DNA of 32,000 nt from Microcystis aeruginosa NIES-2549. Its GTDB lineage: Bacteria; Cyanobacteriota; Cyanobacteriia; Cyanobacteriales; Microcystaceae. Under the pieces are notes generated by a model. That model had not been told where the DNA came from. It saw nothing but the letters and a program-made list of their open reading frames with translations, and ran no database searches. The stretch spans positions 270,001-302,000 of the forward strand of contig NZ_CP011304.1 of NCBI RefSeq assembly GCF_000981785.2, read 5' to 3'. A program made the translations under genes and the position numbers. Within the stretch, counting starts at the first letter, position 1; every line of letters begins with the position of its first letter. Of this stretch, positions 25,766 to 32,000 are shown piece after piece.

Positions 25766-27733
25766 TTATTTTAAATAAATCAAGAGATTTAACCCCGGAA
25801 TCGTGCGCGAGAGAGTCCAGATAAGGAGAGTAATATAAAAGATGCCGATACCCCATTGATACCAAACTAAAAAAGAAATGATAGCGGGTAATTCTCGATC
25901 GCGAACTCGCCAATCATTAAAGCCTAATTTTAGCAAATTATTGAGACTTAAATCGTAATAATTTAACCAATTCCAACGCTTTTGCCAAGGAATAGGAGTA
26001 TAACGATCGCGAAAGAGGGGAAATTCGGGAACCACGGGTAAACGGGTGATTAATAAGCGTAATTGTCGCATACTACCATCTTGCAGGAAATAGGAACTAT
26101 CCATTAAATCGTGATAGCGTCCCCGACGATAAAGTTCGATAATTAAAATTAGGGGTAAGGGGACAAGAATTAGGGCAATAGCTGTTAAAGTTAGTAGGGG
26201 ACGACTGGCAGATTGCAGGATATTAAACACACCAGAAAGGGTGAGAATAATATAGCTAGTTACCATACAAAAGATTTCATAACGATTAGGAATTACTGGT
26301 TTAGGAGTGAGACGACGCACGCGATCAATTAACCAAAATAAACAGCCAAAATAGGCAAAAATTATGATTCCTGTCCCGAAAACTAAACTAAAATTTGTAC
26401 CATCTTGACTTAAGAGTAATAGTAAAGCAAGGAAAGAAGTATGTAGAAAATCAGCTACCCAAGTGAGGTTAATTAGGCGAATAACTGAGATATTATTTAG
26501 CTTTTGTTTTAACTGTTGTAATCGCAATTTTTCGGTTTTGTATTCAATTTGATTAGCATCAGCAATTTGTTCTAGGGAGCGAAAATTACGAACTAAATTT
26601 CTTAAAACTGTCTCATTTCCTGTTAAAGTTGGTAAATAAATTGCTTGACCAATTACTCCTCTATCTCCCAGTATTTTCGCTTTATCGGAATCAAAAGCTA
26701 ATCCCGATACACTCAAATAACTATTGTTAGTAAAAGTGGAATTACTAAAATCTACCTGATCTAAAAGTTTCACATCTTGAAAACTAACCACACCATTAAA
26801 ATAACTAGACCGGAAAGCGCCCGATTTTTCAAAAGTGGCATTTCTAAAGGTTAATAAATTTAAAAATCTACTCTTAGAAAATAGCGGACGATCTCGCCAT
26901 TGACTTTGGGAAAAATTAGCTTCTTTTTGCCAGAAAGTACGGGTAAAATCTGCGGGTTTATCGTATTTAGTTTGATCAAAATAAGCTTCGGCAGTAAAAT
27001 GACTGCCATGGAAGTTAGTAATACTTTTAAAATGTGCGCTGCGAAAGATGGCTTTATTTAAAAATTGACTTTGACTAAAATTTACATCTCCCATAAAATT
27101 GGCTTTGGTAAATTTTGCCACCCTAGCAAAACGCGATTCTACCCAATTACTTTCACGACTAAATTTTGCTGCCATTGCTTCGACAATTTGCAGAAAAAAA
27201 GTCTTAGAAAAGTCCACTTCTCCCATAAATACGGTTCCCTGCAACTTCACCGGTCCACGAAATACTGTGACATTAAAAACCGGTTCATCGCTATCGAATA
27301 AAAAATTTTCGTCCTGTTGTAATAACTGTTCTTCCGTGGGTGATAACAAGGTAGCAAGGGCCACTTTTGTTAAAGGAGTCGGTAAACCCAGACGGGAAGC
27401 GATAAAATTGCCTTGAATTAAGGAATTACTAAAATCTAAACCTAGGGGTTGTTTAGCGCGATTAATTTGACCTTGAATCTGTTGATAAAATTGTTCTTGC
27501 AGTTCTTTATTTTCATCGCGGATATCGATAACTAAATTGGCTAAATCGATAGTAGTCATCCCTTCTTTAAGGACGGGTGCGCTTAAACGTTCCTGCAATA
27601 AAGTTACTGTTAAGGGAACCCTATCCACTACTGCCAAACTAGGGAGAGAATGTAAACAGAAAAACAGAAAAACAATGATTAGTAACCAGCAGCTTTTCAA
27701 CAACGCACCCACGACAGTTATTTTCCTAAACAA
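25766..27733 (-). CDS. Pentapeptide-repeat protein with an N-terminal signal/anchor and a C-terminal multi-TM domain
   Basis: 655-aa ORF. It has a long run of A(D/N)LxF-like pentapeptides (NFSQSQFLNKAIFRSAHFKSITNFHGSHFTAEAYF...DFSNSTFT). At least five hydrophobic segments follow in the last ~250 aa. Confidence 0.85.
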   Translation of the reverse strand: MFRKITVVGALLKSCWLLIIVFLFFCLHSLPSLAVVDRVPLTVTLLQERLSAPVLKEGMTTIDLANLVIDIRDENKELQEQFYQQIQGQINRAKQPLGLDFSNSLIQGNFIASRLGLPTPLTKVALATLLSPTEEQLLQQDENFLFDSDEPVFNVTVFRGPVKLQGTVFMGEVDFSKTFFLQIVEAMAAKFSRESNWVESRFARVAKFTKANFMGDVNFSQSQFLNKAIFRSAHFKSITNFHGSHFTAEAYFDQTKYDKPADFTRTFWQKEANFSQSQWRDRPLFSKSRFLNLLTFRNATFEKSGAFRSSYFNGVVSFQDVKLLDQVDFSNSTFTNNSYLSVSGLAFDSDKAKILGDRGVIGQAIYLPTLTGNETVLRNLVRNFRSLEQIADANQIEYKTEKLRLQQLKQKLNNISVIRLINLTWVADFLHTSFLALLLLLSQDGTNFSLVFGTGIIIFAYFGCLFWLIDRVRRLTPKPVIPNRYEIFCMVTSYIILTLSGVFNILQSASRPLLTLTAIALILVPLPLILIIELYRRGRYHDLMDSSYFLQDGSMRQLRLLITRLPVVPEFPLFRDRYTPIPWQKRWNWLNYYDLSLNNLLKLGFNDWRVRDRELPAIISFLVWYQWGIGIFYITLLIWTLSRTIPGLNLLIYLK

Positions 27734-28002
27734 GCTTGGATAGCCATTTCTAAATCCTCTTGGTTTAAATCGGTAATAACAAAGACTTCCTGAACACTTT
27801 TTCCTGTCCTCGCAATCAGCTTAAAACCACCACGAATCGGCACTGATATCCGCAATTGTAACCGCGGACAATGACCTTTTGAGCGAGAAAGTACCCCCGG
27901 GGTGACAGTGGTGATTCCCTGATAAGTAATTAACTTTTCTAATACCGCAATCAACCCCGGAATATGAGTAGAATGATTCCAAACTAAGCGACCATTATTC
28001 AT
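27718..28002 (-). CDS. Small conserved hypothetical protein, possibly DUF2103-type
   Basis: 94-aa ORF. Its start lies 2 nt after the clpS stop, and its 3' end overlaps the pentapeptide gene start by 16 nt. The family assignment is tentative. Confidence 0.5.
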   Translation of the reverse strand: MNNGRLVWNHSTHIPGLIAVLEKLITYQGITTVTPGVLSRSKGHCPRLQLRISVPIRGGFKLIARTGKSVQEVFVITDLNQEDLEMAIQACLGK

Positions 28003-28004
28003 AA

Positions 28005-28298
28005 TTATGCGGCCTCTAGGGGAGCCATGGTTAATCCTTCCCGTCGCAATTGTTGGTGATAAAGTTCCGCTTGTTCTTGGGGACCTGTCCAGACAATTGC
28101 CTGTCCTTGGTAGTGAACTTGATTAGTTAATTCCCAAGCTTGCTCGGTAGTCATATCCGGGATATATTTAATTAAACAATTGGCCACATGATCGAAGGTG
28201 TTAAAGTCATCGTTGAGAACAATAACTTTATAGTTGGGATAAGTCTTTTTCACCCCTTGGGTGGACTTATCTAAGGTGGTACTGGGTGCGCTGGCCAT
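28005..28298 (-). CDS. clpS: ATP-dependent Clp protease adaptor ClpS
   Basis: 97-aa ORF. YKVIVLNDDFNTFDHVANCLIKYIP...EQAWELTNQVHYQGQAIVWTGPQEQAELY is the ClpS core. Confidence 0.92.
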   Translation of the reverse strand: MASAPSTTLDKSTQGVKKTYPNYKVIVLNDDFNTFDHVANCLIKYIPDMTTEQAWELTNQVHYQGQAIVWTGPQEQAELYHQQLRREGLTMAPLEAA

Positions 28299-28353
28299 AA
28301 AAGTTACAATAGGTCAAGGTTTTTGCGGTTAAATTCGAGCATTTTGACAACAA

Positions 28354-29487
28354 TTAAGCGGCAAAAGCCACAGAATTATTATTCAAAACTTGGTGATAGT
28401 AATTTAATAACTGTTTGGTGGCCGCTTGCCATGCCCATTTTTCCGCTTCTAGACGCGCATTTCGTCGTAATTCCTCTCTTTCTGCCTTGGCGGTTAGTAA
28501 TCTTTGGGTGGCACTAATTAAACCCTTTTCATCCCTAGGATCGAAGAGATGACCATTAACTCCATCGGTGACAATATCGGGAATTCCCCCCGAATTTGCC
28601 GCCACCACCGGACAACCGGCAGCCATGGATTCTAAGAGTACCAAACCGAGGGTTTCTGTGCGTGAGGGAAACAGAAAAGCATCTGCGGAAGCAAAAGCGG
28701 AGGCTAATTCTAACCCCTGTAAATAACCGACAAAATGGGTATTTGTGTCAGCAAAATGACTTGTTAAAGCTTCCCGATGGGGACCATCTCCCACAATGGC
28801 AAATCTTGCTTCGGGAATCGCTTCTAAGACTGGTTTAATGCGATCGATTTCTTTTTCGGCCGACACTCGACCAACGTATAATAAGAGAGGACTATCGGGG
28901 TTATTTTGGGATAATTTCAGTCTCATAGCTGGGGATTTTAAATGAGGTTGAAATAATTCCGTATCGACTCCCCTTTGCCAAAGCTCTACCTTTTCAATGC
29001 CACGACTAGATAATTCTTGCACCATAGCGGTGGAAGTACAGAGATTTAAACTTGCTTGATTGTGGGCCAATTTTAATAATTCCCAGAGTAATCCTTCTAG
29101 GGAACCTAATCCATAGTGTTGTAGGTATTGGGGGAGATGGGTATGATAGGAAGCGACGAGGGGAATGTTCATAGTTTTGGCAAAATAAATGCCTCCCACC
29201 CCTAAAACAGCCGGGTTAACCACATGAATAATATCAGGTTTAAACCTCTCTAAAGCTTGACCGACTGAAGGCCGGGGGAAAGCCATTTTTAATTCCGGAT
29301 ATAGGGGTAAGGGAATCCCTGTAACTCCATGAATTTTAGCACCTTTGTACTCCTTTAAACCGCCATCGGGAGAGAAAACTAATACCTGATGACCTAATCT
29401 TTGTAGGTGTTCTACGGTATGTTTAAGACGGGTGACAATGCCATCGATTTTCGGTAAGAAGGTTTCTGTAAAAAGAGCAATTCGCAT
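28354..29487 (-). CDS. sqdX: GT4 glycosyltransferase, SqdX-like (sulfoquinovosyl diacylglycerol synthase)
   Basis: 377-aa ORF. The N-terminus MRIALFTETFLPKIDGIVTRLKHTVEHLQRLGHQVLVFSP closely resembles cyanobacterial SqdX as I recall it. There is a GT4 C-terminal E-x7-E region (PSRTETLGLVLLESMAAG). Confidence 0.75.
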   Translation of the reverse strand: MRIALFTETFLPKIDGIVTRLKHTVEHLQRLGHQVLVFSPDGGLKEYKGAKIHGVTGIPLPLYPELKMAFPRPSVGQALERFKPDIIHVVNPAVLGVGGIYFAKTMNIPLVASYHTHLPQYLQHYGLGSLEGLLWELLKLAHNQASLNLCTSTAMVQELSSRGIEKVELWQRGVDTELFQPHLKSPAMRLKLSQNNPDSPLLLYVGRVSAEKEIDRIKPVLEAIPEARFAIVGDGPHREALTSHFADTNTHFVGYLQGLELASAFASADAFLFPSRTETLGLVLLESMAAGCPVVAANSGGIPDIVTDGVNGHLFDPRDEKGLISATQRLLTAKAEREELRRNARLEAEKWAWQAATKQLLNYYHQVLNNNSVAFAA

Positions 29488-29582
29488 AGAGAAAACAAGG
29501 TTAAGTAATAATTAAGGACAAGCTTTTTGAGATAGCTAGGAATAATTACTGAATTTCTCAAGGCAATTAACTCCCCAATTAA

Positions 29583-30245
29583 TCATAGATCAGAAAGGCC
29601 AAAGGTTTTAATCACTCGATCGCTACCTTCGATAACCACCGTCGCTCGATAATTATCGCCGATTGCTGCCGTCCATAATTGCCATTCCCCCGCCACATTG
29701 TCTAATTTTAAGGGATTAAGGCCCACTTCCACTCGATCGAGTCCCCCGCTAATTCCCGTTCCCAGTGCCTTTAAATAAGCCTCTTTTGCCGTCCATAACT
29801 GAAAAAATAGCTTTTCCTTCTCTGGGGACTTTTCAACAAGCTCATGTTCCTTAGCACAAAAAAACCTTTTTGTCAAGCTATTTAAATCTTTCATCTGGCG
29901 CATTTTCTCTAAATCTACCCCGATGCGAGCGGTTAAAGTCAAGCCACAGATTGCCATCTCCTCGGAATGGGAGAGATTAAACTGCAATTGGTAGTTAATA
30001 CTCGGTTTTCCCCGTTCACTGTAGATAAACTCGATTTTTTCGGGACTTATCGCCAAATATGACCCTAAAATCTCGCGTAAACACCCCCTAGCCGCCAAAA
30101 AACGCCGCTTGTGTTCGGGAAAATGGTAACGATTAGCTCTAATTATTTCATCTTCCGAGAGCAAAGAAGCCAGTTTTTCTAGTCTATCCCCAGAGGGATC
30201 AAGACTGATAAAATAGAGATGAACCTCATCGGTAGATATAAACAT
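29583..30245 (-). CDS. Sfp/HetI-type 4'-phosphopantetheinyl transferase
   Basis: 220-aa ORF with FNLSHSEEMA, GVDLEKM and WTAKEAYLKALGTG motifs. Confidence 0.85.
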   Translation of the reverse strand: MFISTDEVHLYFISLDPSGDRLEKLASLLSEDEIIRANRYHFPEHKRRFLAARGCLREILGSYLAISPEKIEFIYSERGKPSINYQLQFNLSHSEEMAICGLTLTARIGVDLEKMRQMKDLNSLTKRFFCAKEHELVEKSPEKEKLFFQLWTAKEAYLKALGTGISGGLDRVEVGLNPLKLDNVAGEWQLWTAAIGDNYRATVVIEGSDRVIKTFGLSDL

Positions 30246-30355
30246 TAAACTCAGAAGCTCTCAAATAATTAATTATCGGTAAATTTTACCGTAAAATGAG
30301 AATTGCCGATTCAAGAATTTATCCACCTTCTAACTCTTGACTTTGCAGCACACCT

Positions 30356-31297
30356 ATGAACTTTTTTCATACTGAAGACCATCTCCAACAGTTCGGTACA
30401 GATATTTTAGAAACAACTTGGCGAGAATTTCCCCAATTAGCTCAAGAACAAATTGCCCTAACTTGGATAGTATATGATCCTCCCGTTGTCGTCAACACGG
30501 GGGGAGCAATTTCTCACGAAGAATTCTGGAAATATTCCCCCCGCGGATTTAGTTATCGCGGACAAGAAAGAACCTATCCTGCCAGTTTAGTTAAATTATT
30601 TTATCTAGTAGCAATTCATGAGTGGTTAGAGGGGGGAATGATTCCCGAAAGCACCGAATTAAATCGCGCCATTCGTGACATGATTTTTGACTCTAGTAAT
30701 GATGCTACCAGTTTAGTTGTAGATCTGGTTACAGGAACCACTAGCGGTCCAGAAATTGCCGCCAGTCCCTTTGAAACTTGGAAGCAACAACGCAACATAG
30801 TTAATCGTTATTTTCAATCCTTAAATTGGCCGGAATTAGCGACAATTAACGTTAATCAAAAAACTTGGTCTGACGGTCCCTATGGACGTGAACGCGCTTT
30901 TTTAGGGGAATTAATGGAGAATCGCAATATGTTAACTAGCAATGCAGTGGCGCGTTTAATTCATACTATTATCGGGGGGATTGCGGTTTCTTCCCAACGT
31001 TCCCAGATGATGATGTCTTTACTAAAACGAAGTCTTAATCCTGCTGATTGGACAAGTCAAGGAGATGATACACAAATCTTAGGATTTTTGGGGCAAGGAT
31101 TACCAGAAAATAGTCAAATTTGGTCAAAAGCTGGTTGGACAAGTCAAGTACGTCACGATGCAGCCTATATTGAAATTCCCCATCATACTCCCTATCTCTT
31201 GGTGGTATTTACCGAGGGAAAAGATAACAGTCAAAATCGCTCAATTTTACCTTTTATTTCCCAGAAAGTAGCCGAGAAAATTATGCAGTTTAATTAA
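30356..31297 (+). CDS. Class A beta-lactamase-related serine hydrolase
   Basis: 313-aa ORF with an S-x-x-K candidate (PASLVKLFYL), an SDN-like motif SSNDATS and a KTG-like motif KAGWT. Confidence 0.75.
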   Translation: MNFFHTEDHLQQFGTDILETTWREFPQLAQEQIALTWIVYDPPVVVNTGGAISHEEFWKYSPRGFSYRGQERTYPASLVKLFYLVAIHEWLEGGMIPESTELNRAIRDMIFDSSNDATSLVVDLVTGTTSGPEIAASPFETWKQQRNIVNRYFQSLNWPELATINVNQKTWSDGPYGRERAFLGELMENRNMLTSNAVARLIHTIIGGIAVSSQRSQMMMSLLKRSLNPADWTSQGDDTQILGFLGQGLPENSQIWSKAGWTSQVRHDAAYIEIPHHTPYLLVVFTEGKDNSQNRSILPFISQKVAEKIMQFN

Positions 31298-31537
31298 TTT
31301 AAGCTGTAAGTAGGATGGTTTTCTCTGTCATTGTCAAAAGTGCTAGATAAACATCCTACTGCCATAAACCCTTAAATTTACTGATATTCATCTCAATATA
31401 TAGCTTTTCTGGGATAGATGGGGTTTGTTCTTGCCGCTGAAATACTTGATTAAGTTTAGTCTGTGCTTTACCTTGACGGGAAGGGCTATCACCATTTAAA
31501 CTAACAATAAGTTGTTTTTAAGTATTTCCTCAAATAT

Positions 31538-32000
31538 GTGACTTTCAACCCTCACCATTGTCATAACGAAAGGGAAGTGGAGAGTAAATTAATTGTCCAG
31601 TATTTACTCCCCAAACTAGGCTACAATCCTGAACATTGGTATCAACAAGTTAGCTTCGGTAAAGTCCGCCTAGATTTCCTTGTTTCCGCTCAAAAACCTA
31701 TCAACAAAAAGCAGTTTTTACCCTCTCACTGTCTAATCATCGAGGCTAAAAACCCCAGAGAAAAGCTCATCAATCATTGTCACCGCTTAGGTTATTATCT
31801 CAACTACTTTAAAGTGCAGTGGGGATTATTAACCAATGGTGATGAGATTCAACTTTATCGAAGAAAACCCGATAAAATTTATTTAGTTTTTAGATGTTCT
31901 GGGTTAGAAATTGCCTCTCACTTAGAACAGTTAAAATCTCTGATTGGCTACGAAACTTTATCCCTGGGTATTCCACCGCTTAATTCTCCAACAATCAACC
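31538..32000 (+). CDS. HsdR_N-type (PD-(D/E)XK) restriction-endonuclease-like domain protein, partial because it runs off the window
   Basis: The frame is open from 31511, with the first start candidate at GTG 31538. It reads VTFNPHHCHNEREVESKLIVQYLLPKLGYNPEHWYQQVSFGKVRLDFLV...CLIIEAKNP...WGLLTNGDEIQLY. The E..VE.KLI...L..LGY, D-F and IIEAK, LTNG pattern is that of type I R-subunit N-terminal nuclease domains. Confidence 0.6.
   Translation, partial: MTFNPHHCHNEREVESKLIVQYLLPKLGYNPEHWYQQVSFGKVRLDFLVSAQKPINKKQFLPSHCLIIEAKNPREKLINHCHRLGYYLNYFKVQWGLLTNGDEIQLYRRKPDKIYLVFRCSGLEIASHLEQLKSLIGYETLSLGIPPLNSPTIN

Noticed and set aside
25710-25913. 67-aa ORF upstream of the HigA-like gene as a candidate HigB toxin.
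   Set aside because: It lies mostly inside the pentapeptide-repeat gene in another frame and shows no RelE/HigB-like motifs.

Overview
The window looks cyanobacterial, and Microcystis-like by inference: about 16 exact HIP1 octamers (GCGATCGC), several heptanucleotide tandem arrays, and typical cyanobacterial gene content. Positions 1-8000 are accessory DNA. A decayed, 5'-truncated gamma-glutamyltranspeptidase remnant abuts an intact minus-strand type I restriction-modification operon with an unusual layout. The order is hsdR, a 56-aa HicB-fold ORF missing from the ORF track, hsdS, a repeat-filled spacer, a GxxExxY/PD-(D/E)XK protein, a second repeat-filled spacer, then hsdM. Both spacers are built from one family of tandem 76/89/91-bp modules. 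An identical 49-bp block supplies the last codon and stop codon of both hsdS and the GxxExxY gene. This composite locus is my best candidate for something undescribed, but any function beyond ordinary type I R-M is inference. The rest is mostly core genome: a CLC-CBS-USP channel, tRNA-His, a Tic22-like protein, prmC, pyrF, a MEKHLA protein, an M20 amidohydrolase, queF, a GH116 glucosidase, clpS, an sqdX-like glycosyltransferase, a PPTase and a beta-lactamase-like hydrolase. Interspersed are dispersed short repeats, G4-capable heptamer arrays placed just upstream of start codons, a PIN-toxin pseudogene, an orphan HigA-like gene, a pentapeptide-repeat membrane protein and a translationally coupled three-gene operon. 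A partial HsdR_N-type nuclease-domain gene runs off the right edge. I found no rRNA, CRISPR array, transposase or integrase.
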